Part shown: positions 12,831 through 26,166 of the stretch, in pieces
Layout of the letters: each line of letters opens with the position of its first letter
How positions within the stretch are numbered: the stretch's first letter is position 1
From: Octopus sinensis
Lineage: Eukaryota
NCBI RefSeq assembly: GCF_006345805.1
Contig: NC_043005.1
Span: 82,212,001-82,276,000, forward strand
Direction: 5' to 3'
Length of the DNA: 64,000 nt
The notes under the pieces: generated by a model
What the model was told of the DNA's origin: nothing
The model's input: only the letters and a program-made list of their open reading frames with translations
Databases searched by the model: none
Translations under genes and position numbers: made by a program

Positions 12831-14859
12831 TACATTCCTTTGTAAACATGTAAAAAAATACATGTTTACCGTCTGTAATTTACAGGGAATTACAGAATAT
12901 TTTTGAAGAGTTCTTAAATTTATTACGAGAGTGAAAATGTCAAGCCGACTTGGAGTTTGCATTTAATATGAAGGAAAAATCATACAAATAATTTAAGTGA
13001 AACATCTGGTGATAAAATACTTATAACTGACTGCTTACGTAAAACTATATAATATGTTCCACATATATATATATAAGGTGTATATCCTCTTTTGATATGA
13101 ATAACGAACGGGACATTAGAATATGATATGAAGAGGCAAGAATGTTGATATTCATAAGATAAATAGTAGGAGCATTTTTAAATATCAATAATATGCCTGC
13201 AAAATTAAGTTGAAGTACTGCACCTTTGCCATTTTTGCGAAATTGTCTAACATAATTCTCCACCAGCCCCATCTTATATATTTGGGTCTATATTTTCTAT
13301 CATTACAATTATAATCAAACACTTTGCCAGTAATTTTCATCGGTAGCCTTTATCGATTCTTCCAGGAATGTTTCTCTCCCTATCTGTGATAGGCATTGAT
13401 TACAAGACATTTTCGGAACCATTTGCCAGCAGAACCTATCAAATAATCAATCAAGTAGTCTATCGTAAGTTCTAGGTCATTGACTACTTCAATGATTATC
13501 ATTATTGCTGTAGAACTATAACCGTTTGGGAAAATCGCTTTCCTGGAGATGCATTTTATGAGATATAAAACTGCTTGCTTTTTGTAGATAGAATAAAAGC
13601 ATAAATCAATAATCATAGAAGTGGGTATTGGGGTAAAAACGAATGATTCCCATATTGCATTTATTTTCTCAATGATACACGAGATAGTTTATTTTAATCT
13701 ATAATATGTTCAAAGGATTCCTTTTCATATCTAAAAATATTTATATTTATAAACACAAATGCATTTCTTTCCATTACACAAATATTCAAATTCATCTATT
13801 AAGAGGTACTTTTTAGGGAATCCATTAGTACTTCAGATATTTTAAATATATACCAGTGCTGTATTATTACGCGTAATACATGCTGAATACAGTGTAAGAG
13901 CTAATAACTGGGAAATTTTTAATTATTGAACATCACGGATAATAAAATTGAGTTGGGTGGCAAGTAACTGATTCTAAAAGTATTTCTTAAAAAATTGAAC
14001 ACGAATAATAAAGATACATACGTATCTAATATATGCATACATATGCATGTATATATATACGCATGTATACATATGTATATATATATACATATATTACACA
14101 CACACACACACATGGGTATATATATATATATATATATATACTCATCTGCTTATCTATGACTATGTATATGCATGTATCAATGTATGTGTCAGCGTGTGTG
14201 TCTGTGTGTCTATGTGTATGTGTGTACGTCCACATGCAGGTATGAACATTTCTTCTAAACGTCTATTGAAAATACAGCCGTTGTATTTATTTGGCAACAT
14301 TTTCTTCACGTTCATGTAGGGAAATTTACTACTTCAGGAATAATAAATTAACGCGATTATCAACGTTTCAAAATCGTACCGCATTTAATAAGCAAAATTG
14401 TTTGCTTTTGGTGTGTATAACAATCGTTTCGCAACACTAATAAGCCCTGTCATACCAGGTAATACGTTTTGACACCTCTTTTGCAATGATAATAGAATGG
14501 CTCTCACATGTCAGTAGAGTATAGTATGAATTTGGTTTGTGTTATGATAACAATTCCACCTCTGTCACGAAGCAGCATTATTTGTAGCATTGTTGCGTTA
14601 TTTTCTGTTCTTCTGTGCTATTTTAATCTACAGGATGCATAGTATTGCAAATTTTATTACTTTTTCATAGGAAGCCGTCATATAAATATATTGCCAGGAT
14701 GAGTTAAATGTCTTTTCGAATTTCAAGCTTTAATTATTAGTTCAATTAGATTACATACTAAAAGCGTTTATTAATCAAGATATATCCCATCATATTCTAT
14801 TGTCTGTTGCCATTGCTGTACCAGCAGCTTGATTCATCGTGTGTTCTATTTGGCTGCTT

Positions 14860-15790
14860 TAAATCCAAAAATCTTACTGCACACATTTTCAACATCACTC
14901 ACATTGCACAGATCCTGTCCGTGTAGGAAATGAGGCATGGATCGAAAAAATCGTAATCAGAGGGAGTAATACCTATACTGTAGATAACCATAGGCTGCAC
15001 TTCTAGCCCTTCAAGTGCCTCAAGTTTGCGCTTGGTCACTTTGGCAGCATGAACTGGGTCATTGTAATGTTGTACGACTACGTGTCTTCGGTTCACATTT
15101 CCGGGTGACGGGCTCTCAAAGCATAAAATACTTGCTGAAATTGGTGAGCATAAAAATTAATGTTCACAGCATGACCATATGGGATAAGCTCAAACAGCAA
15201 GAAGCCCCGAGATCTACCAAACACACATCATGGTCTTCTGTTCAATTTACTCTTATATTATAAGTTCCGATGCCATATTTCTCTCATTAGCATTACGGAA
15301 ACATATCCATTTTTCATCCCCATTTACAATACAATGTCAAAAACGGGCATTTCAAGTATTTTCCAGCAGCTGCTTACAAATATCCACGTGTCATTGAACC
15401 TGATCATTTGTCATTTATTGAGGTATTTCCCAACAGCGTCTGTGCAAAAGGCCACACTGATAGAGGTATTGAGTGATGCTGATTTATGAGTGATGAGGAT
15501 CGTCCGACAATGCACAAGCGCATGCTCTTTGCTGTTGTGCAGTCATTTCAAAAATTGCCTCATCTTCCACAACAATAGGTCTCCCTTACCTTGGTTTTGT
15601 TTTCGAAGTTGGTGTCACCTTCCTTAAAACGTCGTCCTCACATTTTGTTTTACACATTCTTTCATAGTTCCTGAGCCTTCCACCTCATGAATTTCTTGTG
15701 CAACTCCCATTGCACCCACGTGGTGTAACCTGGCTCTAATTGCAATTTGTTTTCCCATGCATTATCAAAGCTTCAAAATAAAGAGTAAAC
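14860..15790 (-). pseudogene. Decayed mariner transposase fragment
   Basis: Remnant motifs GDEKWI, FKEGDTNFE (HTH region), VVVQHYNDPVHAAKVT (QHDNA-like), YSIGITPSDYDFF (YSPDLAPSDY-like); multiple stops and frameshifts. Confidence 0.8.
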
Positions 15791-16834
15791 AAGTAATGTT
15801 TATAACATATAAACATTTATATGTCATATATAAAAATTAGGGGTAAGCAATTCTGCATCAATGGGACAACAAATTACATCAAATTAATGATATAATATGG
15901 GAATACAAATTGCCAATAATTATTCGTGAAAATCTAATAAACCTTTGGACGCAACCCAGTACATGTACGAGGATGAGTAATATTTTGTATGGTCAAGTTC
16001 GAAATAACAAAATTTGTGTATCTTTTACCTTATGTCTAATATATTCGCGGCATTTCATGATGGCGTTTTGATATTTATTAGTTATTTATTCTTAAAATTT
16101 TACAGTATTAGCATATGAGAAAGTGTAATTATATTTTATGTTGTTCTGTAGTACAGGATTTTTGTAACTCTTTCATCTATACTCTAACTAAGATGAATTT
16201 GGGGTATGTAATACATTTTATGTTTTATTTATTCTTAATAGATATAGTGTCTGATGTGTTTACAACATCGCATTAGCTTCCGCGTCTACTTTCCGTTGAT
16301 GACTGGTGATTATATCCTCTGATTTTATTTGTGTTCTGTTTGATTTTTAGGAGAAAGCAAAAGGGAAAAATGAATCACTGATAATATATTGAAACAAGGA
16401 TAAAACTACTAGACTTGTAGTGTCCAAAAATATTAATGGGCTGAGAGAACATTGTGCTCTCGTACAAAAACGGTATTGGGAAACATTATGCTTTCCAACA
16501 AAACAGAAAATATAAATAGAAAAGAAGAAACGCATATTCCAGGCATGTTTCTAATACGAGTCACTCGAACACATATCAAACACGTGTATAATAATGTTCC
16601 GCATAGAACAGCGATAAACAGTGATGTTAGAGAGGTGTTTCTGCGATATATGCCTCAGAAAGAGCAACACTTTGTAGTCTAATCACACTGTTAGCTTAAG
16701 TAACCAGATACATTCAGATGCAATCATCGACAATTTACATCAAAAATATACAAATATATATATCTTTCCCTCCATTTATATATCTTCTGCCGCCTCTAAA
16801 TATATTTTTATATTTCCCTCCCTTTCACTATAAT

Positions 16835-16865
<31 letters not shown>

Positions 16866-16922
16866 ATACGTTTATATATTTGTTGTGCAAGATTTTTTAT
16901 GCGAAGTCGTGTGTTGAAACAG

Positions 16923-17232
16923 ATATTGTTATATTTCGGAATGGTCATTTTGCCAGTTTAGCCAATAAAAACACACGCACTATATATGTGGTGTTACTTT
17001 GCTTCAGTGTTATTTATTTTTTACATTAATCTTAATCTTATTTCGGCCAGAGGTCTTTCGTCATCAGGACCACTGATGAGGTTACAGGAGTGTGACGAAA
17101 GAACTCTGGCCGAAATAAGATTAAGATTAATGTAAAAAAAAATAACACTGAAGCAAAGTAACACCAAATATATAGTGCTTGTGTTTTTTTTGGCTAAACT
17201 AGCAAAGTGACCATTCCGAAATATAACAATAT
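16923..17232. repeat. Long inverted repeat (foldback): arms 16923-17063 and 17093-17232, 29-nt spacer
   Basis: Arms are reverse complements with about 6 substitutions and small indels over ~140 bp. Confidence 0.95.
17067..17111 (+). ncRNA. Minimal type I hammerhead ribozyme motif
   Basis: GGACCA-CUGAUGA-G-GUUACA(GGAG)UGUGAC-GAAA-GAAC-UC^UGGCC: intact core, 6-bp stem II, very short stem III, stem I GG(A)CCA/UGGCC. Confidence 0.7.
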
Positions 17233-17238
17233 ATATAT

Positions 17239-17249
<11 letters not shown>

Positions 17250-17280
<31 letters not shown>

Positions 17281-17982
17281 CGAGTGGGCTTGTGTGAGTG
17301 TATGCGTGTTGGTTTGTGTCTGCTTGTATATTTGTGTGCGTGTATATATAAGTGTGTGTGGGAGTGTCTGTGTGCGTATGTATGTATTTATGCCAACAAT
17401 GTCACAACGTCTTGCAAGCCCCACCGGGCGAAATATATAATTTGGAACCAAAATATATTCTAGATTTCAGTTCCATATCGAAAACGTATTGAATGAATGC
17501 CGCATATTGCAGTATCCGCACCATTGTATTTCCCTTTTTACAAAAATCCTTCAATCGTGACACATTTTTAAAATCATTATTATCTTCCTAGGAAACTCAA
17601 GAAAGCTATTTATGTCGGTTACGCATAGAAGTACGGTTGGTCAGCTGTGTAAATGATATTTGTTTCTCACTCTCTCTCAACCTTAAGTTATCACATGAAA
17701 ACATACGTGCATATAAATAAACATATACATAAATATGCACTTCCATGTGTGAAGACCTATACAAGCATTTCTTGTTGTTCACTTTTAACGTTTGTACTGT
17801 GTACTTTAGCTAAAATTTAGTTTCTCTCCAGCTTTTAAAATTGGCATTGTCTGAAATATTAAATACATATATAAACACATATAAGCATACATACACAATC
17901 GTATACACAAATTCACACACACACACACATATATATGTATGTATATATATATACACACAAAAGCTTACGTACATACATGCAT

Positions 17983-18032
<50 letters not shown>

Positions 18033-18732
18033 CGAGTGGGCTTGTGTGAGTGTATGCGTGTTGGTTTGTGTCTGCTTGTATATTTGTGTGCGTGTATATA
18101 TAAGTGTGTGTGGGAGTGTCTGTGTGCGTATGTATGTATTTATGCCAACAATGTCACAACGTCTTGCAAGCCCCACCGGGCGAAATATATAATTTGGAAC
18201 CAAAATATATTCTAGATTTCAGTTCCATATCGAAAACGTATTGAATGAATGCCGCATATTGCAGTATCCGCACCATTGTATTTCCCTTTTTACAAAAATC
18301 CTTCAATCGTGACACATTTTTAAAATCATTATTATCTTCCTAGGAAACTCAAGAAAGCTATTTATGTCGGTTACGCATAGAAGTACGGTTGGTCAGCTGT
18401 GTAAATGATATTTGTTTCTCACTCTCTCTTAACCTTAAGTTATCACATGAAAACATACGTGCATATAAATAAACATATACATAAATATGCACTTCCATGT
18501 GTGAAGACCTATACAAGCATTTCTTGTTGTTCACTTTTAACGTTTGTACTGTGTACTTTAGCTAAAATTTAGTTTCTCTCCAGCTTTTAAAATTGGCATT
18601 GTCTGAAATATTAAATACATATATAAACACATATAAGCATACATACACAATCGTATACACAAATTCACACACACACACACATATATATGTATGTATATAT
18701 ATATACACACAAAAGCTTACGTACATACATGC

Positions 18733-18753
<21 letters not shown>
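17250..18753. repeat. Direct tandem duplication, unit 752 bp, bounded by (TA)n
   Basis: gcgcgcgagtggg at 17276 and 18028; duplicated ORF starts at 17841 and 18593; one C/T difference seen. Confidence 0.95.
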
Positions 18754-18754
<1 letters not shown>

Positions 18755-18769
<15 letters not shown>

Positions 18770-18978
18770 GCATGCTTATATATATGTATATATATACATT
18801 ATATATAAGCATGCATACATATATACACACATGTATATATATGTATATATATATATAGATGTATATATATATGCATATATAAAAGCATGCATACATATAT
18901 ACGCACATATATATATATGTATAACTATATATATATATGTACATATATATATATTATATATACATATGTACATATATA

Positions 18979-19066
<88 letters not shown>

Positions 19067-19226
19067 ATGCATTTGTGAGCGTTTGATTTTTGTGCGTGTG
19101 CATGTTTATTTGCTCACATGCATTTATCAACGTTGCTATATCTAAAGTGTGTCATGGAATTATTTAATATCGACATATCTATCCATCAATACATATATGC
19201 ATATATATGTATATAGAGACATATTA

Positions 19227-19271
<45 letters not shown>

Positions 19272-19282
19272 GTGTATATATA
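18755..19282. repeat. (TA)n-rich microsatellite
   Basis: Direct reading. Confidence 0.9.
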
Positions 19283-19879
19283 TTAGTGTAAAGGCGAACA
19301 CATATCGTTAGGTTTTCCATTATTGTGGACTCAATCACGGAAGGCAAAATGCATGGCGTGTGTTCAGGTTCATTTCCGAATTACATGGGAAATAAATGTG
19401 CAACGTCGCATGTTTGAAATGAGAATGGGATAAGTGTCATAGTTTACGGCAAACTGAAATATATGGAAAAAAAATCCTAGAAGTTCACTTGTACTGTTAG
19501 TAAGAAGAGCTAATTTCTCGTAAATTACGCTTTAATATATAAAAGGAAAAAAAAAAAAGCAATTTTACTTTGGATAAATCCAATAAATACTGTAGAGTAT
19601 AAATAAAAAGAAAAAAAAAGGGACAATGAAAGTGCTATCGCCTTTGATCGTTTGGTTTTATCAGAACTCGCAGCGGAGCTGAACAGCAGCCGAAGGCAGC
19701 AGTAACACCAACACCAGTATCAATATCAACCCCAGCATCAGCAACAGCACCGGCATCATCGTTATCGCATCACCATTATCAGCACCGTTATTACCACCAC
19801 CACCACCACCACCACCACCACAACACCCCAAACACCACCACCACCAAAACCATCACCACCACCACTACCACCACCATCA

Positions 19880-22110
19880 AATTTATGACGTGTCTTTCTG
19901 CTTTAATGTGATTTGGCGTAATGTTAAATAGAACGGGGCATACTGAGGGGAAATAATTGTGCCGTATTGATTTTTCTTGTGGACGGATAGCACGGGGCCC
20001 AAGTCTTGGGTGTATCTTAAAGACGATGCCAACAACATTTGCGCAATGTTTATGGAATATTTTCCACATCAGGCAGATGACGTAGCGCACACGGCAGCTT
20101 TGGAGAGAATAAAGACTGAGCTTTTCTAGTCGACCCCAATAGTCAAAGCCTCTCATGCATCCATCGTAATCGACATTTGAGGTGTTTCAACTTTCATAAG
20201 ACTTTGCTTCGTGTGGGGAGACCACAGTGGACAACAGTGTTCAAGGTAGGGGCAAGGGAAAGAGGAGAAGAGAAGGATAATGTTCGGGATATCTCTCGAT
20301 TGGAATGTTCTGAGAATCCAGGAACACATTCTGCGGGCCATGTCAACTTAGCTGTTTATATGAGCGGCCCAGGTTATGTTGTGGTCCACAGTTACTTCTA
20401 AGTCTCTAATTTTGTTGGATGCCATGATAGTTTCACCTGAAGGAAGGGAGTATGGGGGTTTCACGGTATTCTCTTTTCCGAAGTGGATTAACTCAGATCT
20501 GTCCTCGTTCAGCAGCATATTATTCTTTGCCGGCCATTGGATGACAGCCAGTAGATCTGACTGAAGGCATGTCCAGTCACCCACTTCAGTGATTACTTTC
20601 TGGATCTTGGAATCATCTGCAAAGATTCTTATGTTTCTGTACTTGATGCTGTCAGTAGTGTCATTGATGAAGATGATGAAATGAAGTGGGCCCAACACAG
20701 TACCTTGTGGAACACCACTACTGACTTTGGCTGGGCTTGATTTTACTCCTTCGACAACATTGTTGGGGACTGTCTGTCATTTGATCCATTCTAGTAACTT
20801 CCAAGAGGCACCAATGTTTGATAGGTTTCTGAAAAGAATCTTATGATCAACCCTGTCAAAGGCCTTGCTGAAATCAAGGAAGATGACATCAGTATTCGAG
20901 CCCTCTCTCAAAGCTCTCAAAATGTCAAAAGTTGAAGCATGATCTACGTTAGGCAATTCCTTTCATTACAGAACCCATGTTGGTTGAGTTCCAATATTTT
21001 GTTGCTTCCAAGAAAGAGGGTTATTCTTGATCTCACCACTCTCTCAAATACCTTGATGATATGAGAGGTGAATGAGACAAGAAAAACTCATTCATAAAAT
21101 CAAGAAGTGACTCTACTTCTTTGTCAGCAGTTGAGGTGGAAGTGCCTGGTTTCAAACTGTTTCTAGACAAATCAACACAGGGTAGATTAAAATCTCCCAT
21201 CAAAATTATGTTATTAGAAATGCACTGTTGAATAAAGCACTAAACGTTGTTGAGGCATTCGTTAAAGCGCCGTGTTTGAAGTGGCCTGTACAGCCCAACT
21301 ACTATCAGGTCATTGGTTTTGTTGTGCACGGTGACCGATTCACAGTAGCTATTGGGGAATGTCATATTTCCATCTGCCGAAAAGGAATCATACAGGAAAA
21401 TGGCAGTTCTATCCTTCCTTCTGTCGACTCGATCTGTGCGGATGGTTGTGAAATTCCTCACATTCACTCTGGCTTCCAAGTGAAAGTTGTCAAGGTGGGT
21501 CTCGGTAAGAATGAAGAAAGGGATGTGGTGTGGATGGTCACCGACCCAATCCTCAATGAATTGGATCTTCCATTTTTGTGCATTCATGGAAGGACTGCAT
21601 TGAGTAGTAATGCATTGAGTAGTAATGTAGAGGCTAGCGTAGTGGCGGGTTTTGATTCTTGCGGTTTTTTTTTCTGATTTTGTGTTAGTGACTGCAATGT
21701 GGGGAGTTGGTGCACTGGGGTAATAGCATAGGATGGCATTCAGTGATTCCGTATTATGTGTGTTTTAACGTTAAGTTCACTATTTGGCGGTATTGATGTT
21801 GATGTCATTGTGTGCTTTGGTCTGGGCTGGTAGTGTTTGCTTGTAATGCGCATCTACTGTCAGGTAGATATTTGGAAATGCAGTCACTACGTGTACAGAG
21901 CCTGTAACTCAGTGAATATTGGTATATTTGGGGGTTTCTTGTTAGTGTCGTGGGGGACACATTCTGCTTCATAAATGTTTTAAGATTATTTATATTACAG
22001 TAGGACTGAGGTGGCGATGTGGGGTTTATTTTTAGTATTTGAGGTTGAAGAAGATGTCGGTGGCAGAGGTGGTGATGATGATAATTTGGTGAGTGTGGTG
22101 AGTGAGAGAG
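19880..22110 (-). mobile_element. Decayed CR1/L2-type LINE: ORF1 remnant, APE endonuclease, RT and C-terminus, with internal deletion
   Basis: APE motifs ILTETHL, GLYRP, MGDFNLP; RT motifs LDFSKAFDRVDH, GVPQGTVLGP, FADDSK; C-terminal LEKLSLYSLQ; frameshifts and stops. Confidence 0.92.
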
Positions 22111-22135
22111 AGAGGTGCTGAGATACTATCGTTCA

Positions 22136-22176
<41 letters not shown>

Positions 22177-22259
22177 CACACACGTACACACCAACATTTA
22201 TGTGTATGTTTGTATGTATTATATGAATATATATATATATATTTATAAGTGTGTATGTG

Positions 22260-22310
<51 letters not shown>

Positions 22311-22819
22311 TATATATACATACCAATTTACATTGCATATATGATTCATGCATACACAAAAAAACCATGTCCTTGCAAATCATAAAACTACGCGGTATGC
22401 TTTTCGCTGAGTTGCACTTCATGATTAGAAAAAAATGTCTTGTGTAGCAAAGTTAAAAATGTACATTTCAAGATATTTAGATATTGATCACCTTCGTACA
22501 TAATCGAGACAATACTATGAAGAACTTCTCTGCTATAAATTTCCATAATACAACGGAGGTGTGTTATATTGTTGTCGAATCTGTATATGCTATCGTAAAT
22601 TAGTACAATTTTAAAATTCGTCATTGTACCGGTGCTATTCTCTCGTGTGTAAAACATTCTGTGTGTCATTGATTTTGATAATTTATTTTAATGCATATTT
22701 TCATTTTGTTTGTGGGCAAACAAAATTACCGTTGTGAGATAACTGCTGACTATTGAATGATGGTTCTCAGATTTTCCGTTTGGAGAACCGCGACCTAATG
22801 CTCTTTCCATTAAAAGAGT

Positions 22820-22875
22820 CACCTGCGTCAATATGGCTCTACCAATCAGCACTGAGCGTCTTATATTTGAGGTGG
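22820..22875 (+). promoter_or_regulatory. Candidate Pol II promoter (TGCGTCA, CCAATCAG, TATA-like ttatattt)
   Basis: TGCGTCA 22824-22830, CCAAT 22842-22846, ttatattt 22861-22868, ordered at plausible spacing in non-repetitive sequence. Confidence 0.3.
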
Positions 22876-23097
22876 CACACAGAGAGAAAGAATTTTCCTG
22901 CCAAACTATCTGGGCGAATATCCTAGGACTTTTTGTCTGACATTTAGGATTAGACAAATGAGTTAAACGCCAGACAAACCTTTTACCATATATGTTAGTC
23001 TCTCCCATCTTTAGCATCTTCTAACGCTCTCGAGTGAGGTTGAATTTCAAGACCAAATATAGAGAGAAACATTTGCGATGATCGATTATAAGCCAAG

Positions 23098-23130
23098 ATG
23101 CTTGGCATTTGTAGAAAGATGAACTTTGAG
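23098..23130 (+). CDS. Candidate first coding exon MLGICRKMNFE
   Basis: Two in-frame ATGs with A at -3, ending GAG|GTAAAG donor, ~230 nt after the candidate promoter; no downstream exon confirmed. Confidence 0.25.
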
Positions 23131-23347
23131 GTAAAGTATGTCACATTCGCTTATTGTTGACCAATTCTGATTACGAATGACAGAAAACTGAAAATTCATT
23201 TAAGCTCGCTGTTTAGAGACCGACAGTCAAAATTCATCAGCACAGCAAGAGCTACATATGTTAAGATTCCCATTCTATTGACAATAGAACACACGCTCTA
23301 TTTTCGTAGTTTTAAGTCCTCAGCTCAGGTGTCCCCACGGAAATAAT

Positions 23348-23690
23348 AGCCGCAGGAGTGGCTGTGTTGTAAGAAACTTGCTTCCCAACACATGGCCCGA
23401 GCTTGAGTCCCACTGCGGTGCACCTTGGACAAGTGTCTTCTACTATAGCCTCGGGCCGACCAAATGAAAATGGAGCCTGAAACTGAAAGAAGCCTGTCGT
23501 ATATGTATATGCTTATGTGTGTCAGTGTTTGTGTTTGGTGTGTTACATCACCGTAACCTAGCAATTCGGTAAAATAGACCGATAGCATAAGTACTAGGCT
23601 TACAAAGAATAAGTCCTGAAGCCGATTTAGTCGACCAAATGCAGTGCTTCAGCTTTGCCGCAGTTAAATGACTGAAACAAGTAATATAAT
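23348..23690 (+). mobile_element. SINE family A, best-preserved copy
   Basis: tRNA-like head gcaggagtggctgtg..., CORE-like caccttggacaagtgtcttctactatagcctcgggccgacc, tail gactgaaacaagtaa. Confidence 0.9.
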
Positions 23691-23943
23691 GAGAGAATAT
23701 ATATTACACACATGTAGTATGCTTAATGCTGTGGGTTGAATGAGAGTTGTTTAAAGAGAGATCAACATTACCACGACAAATGCCTTCAGACATTCTTTTC
23801 TACTCTAGCCAGTCGATTAGATCTACGCCAGTACGCAACTGGTACTTATATGTATATATGCATGTGTGTATGTATGTACGTATCTATCTATCTATCAACG
23901 TAACAATATCTGTGTATATATAGATGTATATAGACATAACATG

Positions 23944-24000
<57 letters not shown>

Positions 24001-24284
24001 GTATGTGTGTGTGTGTGTGGGTATGGTTGTGTCAGAGAGAGAAGGATAACAGAAGAAAGTGATGAGAGAAGTTGAACTGATATAGTCGTATTAGTGTTCT
24101 GATCATGATTGTTGCACCCGCTACCAAGATATCGACAAGTGACTAAATATGTCCACGGCAAATAATAATTCGTTATGCCATAAATACAGGGTGGATAGAC
24201 ACACACTCAATTAAACACACACACATTACATACGCATAAAAGCATACGCGCACACAGGCTCATGTAGGTCTACATAAATGCATG

Positions 24285-24404
24285 TGTGTATATATATATA
24301 TATATTACATACATATATATATATGTATGTATATTTGTATATATATATATACATATATATATTTGTATATGTATATTCACAGATTTTTACACATGCATAT
24401 GTGA

Positions 24405-24472
<68 letters not shown>

Positions 24473-24610
24473 TTATATATATATAAACAGTTGTGAATAT
24501 GCGCTTATGCATGCACTTATATGTACATGCATACACACACACATATACATACACATACTAATATATATATACAAATATATATATATGCATATATATATGT
24601 ATATATAATC
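24285..24610. repeat. (TA)n/(CA)n microsatellite
   Basis: Direct reading. Confidence 0.9.
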
Positions 24611-25109
24611 GTATGTGTGCACACGCATCGCCACACAAACACAGACATACACATTTCTTCATGTGTATATGTAGATATGCAGCTTTGTGTGTGTGTGTTG
24701 TGTATGTCATTCTGTTTGTGCGTATATTTCAATGCACATAAATACATGTGTGTATATGTGTGTGTTCCTACCTCGGCTGCTTGCCAACAGATTCTCCGCA
24801 TAATATTAAATGTGGTGTAATAGTGAAGCAAATGCTATTTATGAATTGTGTAAGTAGGCCAACACAAGGGAAATCCCGTAAAATTCGTCTAGTTGCGTAT
24901 AATATGTTGATAAAAGATTCTCTTATTTCCACACTTTTATAATACCCAGGTAGCCTACAACATGGAACTATGCCAAGCGAGAAATTGGCTCGGTCTCTAA
25001 TACGGTGACTCTAATCGGTAAAACATTTCTCACGTTTTCTCTATTATTAACAACGAAAAAGAACATCAACAATAAAGATAATCCTGTCTGCTATAGGCAC
25101 AACGGCTGA

Positions 25110-25171
<62 letters not shown>

Positions 25172-25201
25172 GATATATATATATATTATATATATATATG
25201 C

Positions 25202-25252
<51 letters not shown>

Positions 25253-25504
25253 TGTATATTATAATATATATGTTATATATATATATATGTATATTATATA
25301 TGTATATATATATATGTATATATTATATATATGTATATAAATATATGTATATATATATATATGTATATATATATATGTGTGTATATATATATCTATATAT
25401 ATATATATGTATGGTGTATTATATATGTATATATATATATATAGTATATATATTTATATCTGTATATATATATATGTATATATATATATAATATGTATAT
25501 ATAA

Positions 25505-25547
<43 letters not shown>

Positions 25548-25581
25548 AGATATATATATATATGTATATATATATATTATG

Positions 25582-25620
<39 letters not shown>

Positions 25621-25835
25621 ATATATATGTATATATATATATGTATATATATATATATTATATATATATATATATTATATATATATATTATATATATATG
25701 TATATATATATAATATATATATGTATATATATATATATATATTGTATATACATATAATGTATATATATATATATATTATATATATATATATATATTATAT
25801 GTATATATATATAGATATATATATATATATGTAAT

Positions 25836-25915
<80 letters not shown>
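25110..25915. repeat. ~800-bp (TA)n microsatellite with G interruptions
   Basis: Direct reading. Confidence 0.95.
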
Positions 25916-25916
<1 letters not shown>

Positions 25917-25936
25917 TTGATGGAGAGAGTATGTAT

Positions 25937-26121
25937 GTACAGGGGGCTTTAGTGGATTACATCGCCCCCAGATCTAAACTGTCACTTAATTTATCGACTT
26001 CGAAGAGATGAAGGGCAAAGTCGAGTTCGGCGGAGATTGAACATAGAACGTAAATACGAACCAAATGATGCTCGTCATTTTGTCCGGCGTGCTAACCGTC
26101 AACATATCAGCTAGCCACCTC
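25937..26121 (-). mobile_element. SINE family B
   Basis: gattacatcgcccccag...gggcaaagtcgagttcggcggagattgaac...ccggcgtgctaac. Confidence 0.8.
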
Positions 26122-26134
26122 AATAATAATAATG

Positions 26135-26166
<32 letters not shown>

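Noticed and set aside
21228-21677. 149-aa + strand ORF
   Set aside because: Antisense shadow of the LINE endonuclease.
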